Assembly: GCF_964355755.1 (NCBI RefSeq)
Contig: NC_092672.1
Span: 21,031,237-21,095,236 of the forward strand
Source: Antedon mediterranea
Lineage: Eukaryota > Animalia > Echinodermata
Direction of reading: 5' to 3'
Length of the DNA: 64,000 bases
Made by a program: the position numbers and the translations under genes
Part shown: positions 1-11,900 of the stretch, piece by piece
Layout: each line of letters starts with the position of its first letter
How positions within the stretch are numbered: position 1 is the stretch's first letter
The notes under the pieces: generated by a model
Database searches by the model: none
The model's input: the letters and a program-made list of their open reading frames with translations, nothing else
Told to the model about the DNA's origin: nothing

Positions 1-722
1 TTAAACATGACTGGTTGCGCACGTGAAATGTTAAAAAATTGTGAAAATGTTGCAAAATATGTATACTTTTAAAAACGATACAGGTCATCAGAATGCAAGG
101 TTACCCCTATTTTTTATTTTATTTTCTTGCAGTGTATGAATCATAGGTCTGACTTATTATAGTGTTGAATGATAAAACGTGTTTGATGGCTACATTATTT
201 GCATATTAAATATAATTTTTGAAATTTTTATCATTAAACAAACAATAACATTTTCAAAGAGCAAAACAATAAACATAACGTTTATCTTTTTTCTTCACAT
301 GTTAATATATAAAACTTTCAAGTGTGCACTTTCATAATATGTCACTGTTTAAAATTTGTGAAGATTTCATCATAGTGAAAATTATGATTTAGTTTGGTAA
401 GTAATAATCTATTTGCATCGAGTGGTTCACGACATACCGAATGAACGAGTAAACTTTCGTCGGATTTTCTTCAGCAGGTGCTCATATGGCTCGATGTGTA
501 GTGCCATCGACTTTGGTATCAGAGGTATCGGGATCGAATCCCGTCACGGGAAAACAATTAAATAAAAGGATTTATTTGGTTATTACAATGAAAGGGCAGT
601 TTTAATTTCGAATAGGCTACTTTTTGGAAAAGTCATGATTGAAAGGTACTTGAATGCGCAAGATACGTTTTGTTACGGGCGGATAACCAAACTCGTCCTC
701 AAGTGACGAGTTACAGATCTAG
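1..722 (+). mobile_element. Helentron-like non-autonomous element, family B (3' part; start lies outside the window)
   Basis: Homologous to 3157-3881; ends with subterminal IR GGCGGATAACCAA, hairpin ACTCGTC-ctcaagt-GACGAGT, then CTAG|TT. Confidence 0.75.
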
Positions 723-776
723 TTAGGTTATATGCATTATCATGCATATAACCTCTTGATTCTGTCAAAATCTTTA
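723..776 (+). mobile_element. Orphan 5' head of a family A element; body displaced by nested insertions
   Basis: TTAGGTTATATGCAT-tatc-ATGCATATAACCT hairpin plus start of the TTTA microsatellite, directly followed by another head. Confidence 0.7.
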
Positions 777-2258
777 TTAGGTTATATGCATGATATGCAT
801 ATAACCTCTTGATTCTGTCAAAATCTTTATTTATTTATTTATTTATTTATTTATTCTTTCCTTAGCACTATTTGTCCGTGAATTATCTTGGCATCAGTTT
901 CATCTATCTAAGTCAATTTTTCACAGTATATTCCTTATGGCCAGGAATCGATGTGGTTATGTTTTCACGATGCGCAATCAAAAATTACGCGGTCTACGCG
1001 CGATTTAACGAAATCACGTTTGTAATCATATCTTCACCAACATGAATCACTTTTAAACAAAATTTGGTAATCATAAATTTCAGGTCATATTTCATCATAT
1101 GGCAATACAATTACGTGCGTAGCGCATATAACGCATGCGTACGCGCGCTTAAAATGTTGAAAATTGTCAGAATTTATTTTCGATGAAATTAGAGTACGTT
1201 TCAGGCAATTTTAAGCGTTTAAAAAATTGCCATGAGTGCGCAGATTTTTGCACGCGCACTGCGCGTCAAACGTTAATGCGCACTGTTTGTGTCCGATTAC
1301 TGTTGTATAACCTTTCTTTAATAATATCATCATATTTTATTCACTTTTCAACGCGAAACAGCGTTATACGAGCACGTCAAAAGTGACGGGCTACGCACGT
1401 GTAAGTTAACAAAATGGTGAAAATATGCTAAATTTTAAAATTAATATATATCGTTAGAATGCTCGGGAACACCTATTTTTTATTTAATTTTCTTGAAGTG
1501 TATGTATCATATGTATGATTTATTATGAAATTAGAAGAACAAAAGTTGATTAAGTCATCATTAATGGCATATTAAATTTAACAAAATTAATTTCGACAAT
1601 CAAACAAATTATAACATTTTCTTAGGCCAAAATAACAAACTTAACGTTAACTTTCTTCCTTAAGAAGTTCATATATTAAAGTTAAAAGTATATAGTTTGA
1701 CAGTGCATCATTTTTTTAAATTTTTAAAGATGTCATCATAGTAAAACATTATAATTCATTGCGGTATGTAATAATCTATCTGCACCAAAGTGGTTACTGC
1801 ATAGTAAATACACGGAGGAATTTTTCTCCAACTTTTAGTCAGTTGTGTATGGCTCGATGGTCTGTGCTCGTGTCAATGGCATTCAAGGTACCGAGTTCGA
1901 GTCTCACCTTGTTGGGAAACGAAATAAGATTTTTTTTTTATTATCCGTATTGTTCAAATTTATTTCTTAGTGTATAGATTATACACATGATTTATAATGA
2001 AATCTAGATAAAAAGTTACTTTATGTCTTTATTATTATGTAACAACAAATGCGGTTTATGACATTATACGCAGAGGGATCTTTGATCGGATTATGATACC
2101 GGCTATTGTATTTGCGTTAGCAAGATCCTATCATATATTATAAATAACTAAAGATTCTGAGAAAATCAATCAATCAAAATATCTTAAATCAATCAATCAT
2201 CTTTATTTAAATCAATGCATATAACCTATAATTCGTCATAGTGACGAATTAAATCTAG
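777..2258 (+). mobile_element. Helentron/DINE-1-like non-autonomous element, family A, complete (~1.48 kb)
   Basis: 5' subTIR TAGGTTATATGCAT within a hairpin; (TTTA)n; 3' subTIR ATGCATATAACCTA; perfect stem-loop TAATTCGTCA-tag-TGACGAATTA; CTAG end; inserted at TT with no TSD. Confidence 0.8.
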
Positions 2259-2262
2259 TTTA

Positions 2263-3881
2263 TTGGTTATCCGCCTCAAGCGGATAACCTTTGTTATTGT
2301 AGTGTTACTTTTTTTTTTTATTATTCTTCTTTCTTTCTCAGATTTTGTGTACGCGTTTTCTCTTGAACGTGTTAACATAACATTTTGTAACTTGGTCAAC
2401 ATATAGACAATTAACTGAAGATGTACTGCGAAGCTTTTTGACAATGTCAGATCCGCGTAGCGTAAGTTACGCGCGATTTTCTGAAAATCTTAAATCGGTC
2501 ATAACTTCGAAACCGATAAATATTTTTTAACGAAATTTTCAGCCACGTTTTATTCACATCAATGGCTAACTTTTTCGCTCTTCAGCAAATTTTTGAACAC
2601 TAGAAAGTCTGCGCGTAAACTGCGTTTGAAATTTTAAAATGCTCCTAATTTGTGCACGCTGTTTCTCTGTAACGCGTTAACATAACATTTTGTAACTTGT
2701 TCAACATATAGACATTTTACTGAAGTTGTCCAGCCAAGCTTTTTGACGATGTCAGAGCCGCGTAGCGTAAGTTACGCGTGATTTTCTGAAAATCTTAAAT
2801 TGGTTATAACTTCGAAACAAATGAATATTTTTTAACGTCATTTTCAGCCACGTTTGCTTCACATCAATAGTTAACTTTTTTAACGCTATCGCAATTTGTA
2901 ACATTAGAAAGTGCGCGCGTAAATGGCGTTTGAAATTTTAAAATGCTTCAAATCAATTTCTGATTAAATTAGAGCACGATTCAGGTCATTTTAAGCGTTT
3001 AAAAAATTGCCACTGGTGCGCACATTTTTACGCGCGCACGGCGCAGGGAACAGGTATGAGCATTTCTTTTACACGATTTGTGTTTTTAAATCTTCTGTTA
3101 ACAATTTTACGTTATTTTATTCACTTTTCAACTTGAAATGGCGTTCTACGAGCACGTTAAACATGACAGGTTGCGCACGAAAACGTCAACAAATTGTGAA
3201 AATGTTCCAAAATATGTCTACTTTTAAAAATGACACAGTTCATCAGAATGCAAGGTTACCCCCATTTTTTATTTTAATTTCTTGCAGTGTATGAATCATA
3301 GGTCTGATTTATTATAGTGTTGAATGCTAAAACGTGTTTGATGGCTACATTATTTGCATATTAAATATAATTTTAGAAATATTTATCATCAAACAAACAT
3401 AAACTTATTCAAAGAGCAAAACAATAAACATAACATTTATCTTTTTTCTTTACATGTTAATATATAAAACTTGAAAGTATGTACTTTCATAAAATATCAG
3501 CGTTTAAAATTTTTGAAGATTTCATCATATTAAAATTTATGATTTAAGTTTGATATGTAATAATCAACTTGCATCGAGGGGGTTCACGACATACCGAATG
3601 AACGAGGACTCTTTCTTCGGATTTTCGTCAGCAGGTGGTCATATGGCTCGATGTGTAATGCAACCGACTTTGGTATCAGAGGTACCGGGTTCGAGTCCCG
3701 TCACGGGAAAACAATTAATTAAAAGGGTTTAGTTGGTTATTACACTGAGAGGGCAGTTTAAATTTTGAATAGCCTACTTTTTTTGGAAAAGTCATAACTT
3801 GGAAGTACTTGAATACGCAAGATACGCTTTGTTGCTGGCGGATAACCAAACTCGTCCTCAAGTGACGAGTTTAAGTTCTAG
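2263..3881 (+). mobile_element. Helentron-like element, family B, complete (~1.62 kb)
   Basis: 5' hairpin GGTTATCCGC-ctcaa-GCGGATAACC; 13-bp subTIR TTGGTTATCCGCC/GGCGGATAACCAA; 3' stem-loop then CTAG; internal ~300-bp tandem duplication (about 2342-2945). Confidence 0.8.
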
Positions 3882-3946
3882 TTAGGTTATATGCATGATA
3901 TGCATATAACCTCTTGATTCTGTCAAAATCTTTATTTATTTATTTA
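3882..3946 (+). mobile_element. Orphan family A head
   Basis: Head hairpin plus (TTTA)n, then a second head at 3947. Confidence 0.7.
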
Positions 3947-5422
3947 TTAGGTTATATGCATTATCATGCATATAACCTCTTGATTCTGTCAAAATCTTTA
4001 TTTATTTATTTATTTATTCTTTCCTTAGCACTATTTTGTCCGTGAATTATCTTGATATCAGTTTCATCTATTTAAGTCAATTTTTCAGAGTATATTCCTT
4101 ATGGCCAGGAATCGATGTGGTTATATTTTCACGATGCGTAATCAAAAATTACGCGGTCTACGCGCGATTTTACGAAATCACGTTTGTAATCATATCTTCA
4201 CAAGCATGAATCACAATTAAACAAAATTTGGTACTCATAAATTTCAGGTCATATTTCATCATATGGCAATACAATTACGTGCGTAGCGCATATAACGCTT
4301 GCGTACGCGCGCTTAAAATGTTCAAAATTGTCAAAATTTATTTTCGATGAAATTAGAGTACGTTTCAGGCAATTTTAAGCGTTTAAAAAATTGCCATGAG
4401 TGCGCAGATTTTTGCACGCGCACTGCGCGTTATACGTTAATGCGCACTCTTTTTGTCCGATTTCGGTTGTACAACCTTTCTTTAATAATATCATCATATT
4501 TTATTCACTTTTCAACGCGTAATTGCCTTATACGAGCACGTCAAAAGTGACAGGCTACGCACGTGTAAGTTAACAAAATGGTGAAAATATGCTAAATTTT
4601 AAAATTAATATAGATCGTCAGAATGCTCGGGAACACATATTTTTTATTTCATTTTCTTGAAGTGTATGTATCTTATGTATGATTTATTATTAAACTAAGA
4701 GAACAAAAGTTGATTAAGCCATAATTAATTGCATATTAAATTAAAAAAAATTCATTTCGACAATCAAACAAATTATGACATTTTCTTAGGCCAAAATAAC
4801 AAACTTAACATTAACTTTCTTCCTCCAAAAGTTCATATATTAAAGTTAAAAGTATATAGTTTGACAGTGCATCATTTTTGTACATTTTTAGAGATGTCAT
4901 CATAGTAAAAAATTATAATTCATTGCGGTATGTAATAATCTATCTGCACCAAAGTGGTTACTGCATAGTAAATACACGGAGGAATTTTTCTACAATTTTT
5001 AGACAGTTGTGTATGGCTCGGTGGTGTGTGCTCGTGTCTATGGCACTCAAGGTACCGAGATCGAGTCTCACCTTTGGAAACGAAATAAGATTTTTTTTTT
5101 ATTATTCGTATTGTTTGTTCAAATTTATTTCTTAGTGTATATATTATACACATGATTTATAATGAAATCTAGATAAAAAATAACTTATGTCTTTATTATT
5201 ATGTAACAGCAAATGTGGTTTATGACATTATACGCAGAGGGATCTTTGATCGGATTGTGATACCGGCTATTGTATTCGCGTTAGCAAGGTCCTATCATAT
5301 ATTATAAATAATTAAAGAATCTGAGAAAATCAATGAATCAAAATATCTTTTAAAAATCAATTATCTTTATTAAAATCAATGCATATAACCTATAATTCGT
5401 CATAGTGACGAATTAAATCTAG
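3947..5422 (+). mobile_element. Family A element, complete
   Basis: Same termini as 777-2258. Confidence 0.8.
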
Positions 5423-6838
5423 TTTATTTATTTATTCTTTCCTTAGCACTATTTTGTCCGTGCATTATCTTGGCATCAGTTTAATCTAGCTAAGTCAAGT
5501 TTTCAGAGTATATTCCTCATGGCCAGGAATCGATGTGGTTATATTTTCACGATGCGTAATCAAAAATTACGCGGTCTACGCGCGATTTTACGAAATCACG
5601 TTTGTAATCATATCTTCACAAGCATGAATCACAATTAAACAAAATTTGGTACTCATAAATTTCAGGTCATATTTCATCATATGGCAATAAAATTACGTGC
5701 GTAGCGCATATAACGCTTGCGTACGCGCGCTTAAAATGTTCAAAATTGTCAAAATTTATTTTCGATGAAATTAGAGTACGTTTCAGGCAATTTTAAGCGT
5801 TTAAAAAAATGCCATGAGTGCGCAGATTTTTGCACGCGCACTGCGCGTTAAACGTTAATGCGCACTCTTTTTGCCCGATTTCTGTTTTACAATCTTTCTT
5901 TAATAATATCATCATATTTGATTCAGGTTTCAACTCGAAATTGCGTTATACGAGCACGTCAAAAGTGACTGGCTACGCACGTATAAGTTAACAAAATGGT
6001 GAAAATATGCTAAATTTTAAAATTAATATATATCGTCAGAATGCAGGGGAACACCTATTTTTTATTTCATTTTCTTGAAGTGTATGTATCATATGTATGA
6101 TTTATTATCAAATAAAGAGAACAAAAGTTGATTAAGTCATCATTAATTGCATATTAAATTAAAAAAAAATAATTTCGACAATCAAACAAATTATGACATT
6201 TTCTTAGGCCAAAATAACAAACTTAACATTAACTTTCTTCCTTCAAAAATTCATATATTAAAGTTAAAAGTATGTAGTTTGACAGTGCATCATTTGTATA
6301 CATTTTAAAGATGTCATCATAGTAAAAAATTATAATTCATTTCGGTATGTAATAATCTATTTGCATAAAAGTGGTTACTGCATAGTAAATACACGAAGGA
6401 ATTTTTCTACAACTTTTAGTCAGTTGTGTACGGCTCGGTGGTCTGTGCTCGTGTCTATGGCATTCAAGGTACCGAGATCGAGTCTCACCTTGGGAAACGA
6501 AATAAGATTTTTTTTTATTATCCGTATTGTTTGTTCAAATTTATTTCTTAGTGTATAGATTATACACATGATTTATAATGAAATCTAGATAAAAATTAAC
6601 TTATGTCTTTATTATTATGTAACAACAAATGTGGTTTATGACATTATACGCATATGGATCTTTGATCGGATTGTGATACCGGCTATGGTGTTCGCGTTAG
6701 CAAGGTCCTATCATATATTATAAATAATTAAAGATTCTGAGAAAATCAATCAATCAATATATCTTTTAAAAATCAATTATCTTTATTTAAATCCATGCAT
6801 ATAACCTATAATTCGTCATAGTGACGAATTAAATCTAG
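5423..6838 (+). mobile_element. Family A body without head
   Basis: Begins in (TTTA)n right after the previous CTAG; 3' subTIR, stem-loop and CTAG intact. Confidence 0.75.
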
Positions 6839-8020
6839 TTTATTTATTCTTTCCTTAGCACTATTTTGTCCGTGCATTATCTTGGCATCAGTTTAATCTA
6901 GCTAAGTCAAGTTTTCAGAGTATATTCCTCATTGCCAGGAATCGATGTGGTTATATTTTCACGATGCGTAATCAAAAATTACGCGGTCTACGCGCGATTT
7001 TACGAAATCACGTTTGTAATCATATCTTCACAAGCATGAATCACAATTAAACAAAATTTGGTACTCATAAATTTCAGGTCATATTTCATCATATGGCAAT
7101 ACAATTACGTGCGTAGCGCATATAACGCTTGCGTACGCGCGCTTAAAATGTTCAAAATTGTCAAAATTTATTTTCGATGAAATTAGAGTACGTTTCAGGC
7201 AATTTTAAGCGTTTAAAAAATTGCCATGAGTGCGCAGATTTTTGCACGCGCACTGCGCGTTATACGGTAATGCGCACTCTTTTTGTCCGATTTCGGTTGT
7301 ACAACCTTTCTTTAATAATATCATCATATTTTATTCACTTTTCAACGCGTAATTGCCTTATACGAGCACGTCAAAAGTGACAGGCTACGCACGTGTAAGT
7401 TAACAAAATGGTGAAAATATGCTAAATTTTAAAATTAATATAGATCGTCAGAATGCTCGGGAACACATATTTTTTATTTAATTTTCTTGAAGTGTATGTA
7501 TCTTATGTATGATTTATTATTAAACTAAGGGAACAAAAGTTGATTAAGCCATAATTAATTGCATATTAAATTAAAAAAAATTCATTTCGACAATCAAACA
7601 AATTATGACATTTTCTTAGGCCAAAATAACAAACTTAACATTAACTTTCTTCCTTCAAAAGTTCATATATTAAAGTTAAAAGTATATAGTTTGACAGTGC
7701 ATCATTTTTGTACATTTTTAGAGATGTCATCATAGTAAAAAATTATAATTCATTGCGGTATGTAATAATCTATCTGCACCAAAGTGGTTACTGCATAGTA
7801 AATACACGGAGGAATTTTTCTACAATTTTTAGTCAGTTGTGTATGGCTCGGTGGTGTGTGCTCGTGTCTATGGCACTCAAGGTACCGAGATCGAGTCTCA
7901 CCTTGGGAAACGAAATAAATTTTTTTTTTTATTATCCGTATTGTTTGTTCAAATTTATTTCTTAGTGTATATATTATACACATGATTTATAATGAAATCT
8001 AGATAAAAAATAACTTATGT

Positions 8021-8848
8021 TGTAAGTACACGTACTTAAGAATGAAACGCTACCGACGAATTTACTGGCTCATTTATGCTGTATTACAGCCTTTATTTCT
8101 TCATATATCTCTAACCTCTAATCTCTAGCCTCTAGCCTCTAGCCTCTAGCCGTAAATTACTGAAAACAAACAAGTAATAGCAATCAGCAAATACAACCTC
8201 AAACTGAGGTAAATACAACATTAAATCTTAGGAAGAGAACAATGACGTATCTCAACCATACTGACGTAATCTATGCTTCGTCAAGCGGAACGACCGCTCA
8301 GATGTGCACAACACACCATGACGTGCAGCTAACTGTGTGATACATGATGCAAATCTGCATGTCTTAAATAGACTAAATAACTATAAAGTAATCTTAAAGT
8401 TCACATCATAACTTCTACAATCATTCTGCTATCAGTAAACGTAATGATAATAATCAGTAAATAACAATTTAAATAAACAATGTAAACAAACAACTGAGGG
8501 CATAAAGTGGGCTCCACAGAACAGCGACACCCATGACAACCTGCTCCGGCCATGCCACTCCAACCCTCCATGCTCTAGGCGGCGAGTCTAAACGACCTCG
8601 CCATCTAAATAATGCCAATCTGCCTAAGCAAGAAGGAGTCACGAATATTAAATGTATCATAACTAAAGCTAAAAACATCTATAACAAAGCATTACCGGTT
8701 CCGGTATCGTAGCTCAAATTCAACATAACAACTTTGTTGATTATTATGTCCTCTAAACAAACAATTAATTATCACGTTCTCATATCTGTCCAAAAAGACC
8801 CGCACGATGGCGCTATACAAATTAACCTACTGATTAGAAATCAGTACA
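8021..8848 (-). repeat. 3' LTR
   Basis: Direct repeat of 14265-15092 with no differences in spot checks; contains a (CTCTAGC)n heptamer run and a terminal hairpin TACTGATT-aga-AATCAGTA. Confidence 0.95.
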
Positions 8849-8858
8849 GGCCTCCCAT
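8849..8858 (-). other. Short polypurine-tract-like plus-strand priming site
   Basis: Minus strand reads ATGGGAGGCC immediately before the 3' LTR. Confidence 0.55.
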
Positions 8859-8973
8859 AAATTGACTACAATTTCTAACAAACAAATTAAACAATGGTAT
8901 AATTATCAATGATAAACAAAGTAACATTCAAACAATTACTAAATTATATAATTTCTACAAATGCAGTGTTAGA

Positions 8974-11900
8974 TTACTGATCTTTAGGAACCAACAACAC
9001 AATCTTGGTTACTGGCCTATCCAATGTTGTTCTTCTTCGTCCAACGAAGACAGTGACGCTTCTCACTAAACCATCATCACTCGGCTTGGTATTGGTAACT
9101 CGAGCAAGCTCCCAATGATTTCTCGGGACACCTTCTTCATACAAAAGTACAATATCTCCAATGCTTATGTTTCTTTTCTTCTTAGTCCACTTCTGTCTTT
9201 GCTGTAAATTGATAATATATTCTTTTTGCCATCTACTCCAAAACGTATCCGCCAGGTGCTGGACTCTTCTCCAGAGCTTCCGGCTAAACTTCCCGTCCCT
9301 TTTGAAGTTTCCTGGCGGAGCATACACCGCACTGCTTTTCATCGTTAACAAGTGAAATGGTGTCAACGGTTCTAAAGATGCATCGTTAGTAGCACATAAA
9401 GGTCTGCTGTTAATTATTGCTTCTGCTTCTGTCATAAATGTGCTCAGCATGTCATCATTCAATAACGCCTTATGCTGAAGCATTAAGCTATCAAAAATGT
9501 TTCTGGTTGTTCTGATCATACGCTCCCAAGCTCCTCCGTGATGGCTTGCAGTGGGTGTGTTAAATTTCCAATCACAATTTAACCTTAGCATATTTATGCG
9601 AATTGCCTCTTGATCCATCTCTTTTACTGCTTCCTTCAGCTCTCTTGTGGCACCAATAAAATTGGTTCCTTGGTCGGACCTCATTTGTCTGACGGGTCCT
9701 CTCCTACATAAAAATCGCCGAAAGGCATTCATAAAGGAATCTGTCGATAACGAGCTGGCTATCTCCAGGTGCACACTTCGAGACACCAAACATGTAAATA
9801 GCACACCATAGCGCTTAAGTTCCTTTCTACCATTTTTTACAATGATCGGCCCAAAGAAGTCTACGCCACAGTAACTAAAGGCAGGACCTGCCTCGGCTCT
9901 TTCGACTGGTAGATCTGCCATACGCTGGAGTTCTGTAGGTCGTCTAAGTCGACGACATACCGTGCAGTCGTGAATATATCTCGAGACAGATGCCACGCCA
10001 CCTATCATCCAGAACCCAGCAGCTCGCACCGCATTAAGAGTAATCCCTCTACCTTGGTGGTACACTTGATTATGGTAATGACTGACTATTAATCGGGTTA
10101 AATCACTTTTTGCAGGGATGATTACTGGATGTTTAATTTCTTCTGGTAGATTAGTTTTCTTTAAACGACCTCCTACACGCAGCAATCCATCGTTGTCTAC
10201 GACTGGGTCTAACTTCACCAGCGCATTCAAATCCTTCCATTCATTGTATTGCACAGCTTTAATTATCAATTTTTCACTTCTAGTTAGGTCTTCTACCGTA
10301 ACTTCTCCGGATCGCTTCCATCCTCTTAATTTATAAATAAAGATTAAACACCTTGCAAGTATTTGTCGTACCTTGTGCCAACTGGAAGTTCTTCTTAACA
10401 TGTCTGGAATCAGTTCAGTTTTCACTTGTGTTGCAAACACCTTAGCTTGCCTTACTTCCACATCGTCATCTTTTATTTCAATATGTAACTGGTTGATTGT
10501 ATATTTTTCACGGTTTAAGAAAGCTGGTCCATGCCACCACCTCTCGCAATCTCTCAATTTCTCAGCATCCATTCCACGTGATGCAATATCAGCGGGATTA
10601 TCCTCACTGCTTACGTAGTGCCACTGACCACTAGTGCTCGCATCGTGAATTTGTTGCACCCTATTAGCTACAAAGGTGTTAAACCTTTTCGCTTCATTAT
10701 TAATATATCCAATGACTACTTGGCTGTCAGTCCAGAAATACTCAGTGACGTTCGGATACTCTATCTCTTCTTTCAGCATGGATGCAACCTTAACCGATAC
10801 CACTGCAGCTGCCAGTTCCAACCTTGGTATAGTTATCATTCTCTTAGGAGCTACACGGCATTTGCTAATTAAGAGTGATGTCTTCACTTTACCTTCTTTA
10901 TCAACAAGTCGTAAGTATGAACACTGACCGTATCCTTTCTCGCTCGCATCACTAAAATGGTGTAGCTCGGTGGATACAATTTCTGAATTTCTATTGCTTA
11001 TTGGCTTATAACATCTTTCAATACTGACGTCTTTCAAGTACACCAATTGCTTTTTCCATTCTTCCCATGATCTAAGGGTTTCTTCACCAACCGGATGATC
11101 CCATTCAGCACCACCAGCACAAATCTCCTGCAATATGCGTTTACCCAACAGAACGTAAGGACCAACAAACCCAAGAGGGTCAAATATAGCACTCACCGTA
11201 GACAGAATACCTCTTCTAGTTGATGGCTTATTTCTCAAATTGGCTTCAAATGTAAAGGTATCTTCCGCTGCATTCCACAATATACCCAACGTCCGCTCTG
11301 TAGGAAGATCACTCAAGTCCAACTGGTTTACTTTGGAAGCAATTGACGTGGCGGGTAAGGACTTCAATACCTCTGGAGAATTAGAGAGAAATTTGTGCAA
11401 CCTAAAGCCGCCTCTGCTAAGCATATCCACAGTTCTCTTTATCAAACTGATAGCAGCATCGATCGTTGGAACAGCCTTTAAGCCATCATCCACGTAGAAT
11501 CCTCTGCGGACGAATTCAGCAGCATCAGTCCCATACTCGTTTTCATACAAATCTGCTACTTTTTTAAATCCATAGTTGGCACAGCCAGGAGATGAAGCCG
11601 CTCCAAAAACGTGAACGAGCATTCGGTAATCAGTGGGCTCTTCATTTAAATTACCATGTTGCCACCACAAGAACCTCAAAAAGTTTCGATGCTCCGGCGC
11701 CACTAAAACCTGATGGAACATTCCTTCAACATCGCCAACGACTGCTATGCGATCTTGTCTGAACCTTAGCATCACACCCACTAGATTGTTAGTTAAATTT
11801 GGACCAGTGAGTAACATATCGTTTAGGGATATACCTTGGTAGCGTGATGCACAGTCCATAACTACCCTCAATTTTTCTGGTTTTTTAGGGTGAAATATTC

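Noticed and set aside
3640-3708. Functional tRNA gene
   Set aside because: Acceptor and anticodon stems do not pair convincingly and copies vary; kept only as a tRNA-derived cassette
8469-8678. 69-aa hydrophobic ORF (also 14713-14922) as an env or accessory gene
   Set aside because: It lies wholly within the LTR, is short, and has no recognisable motif
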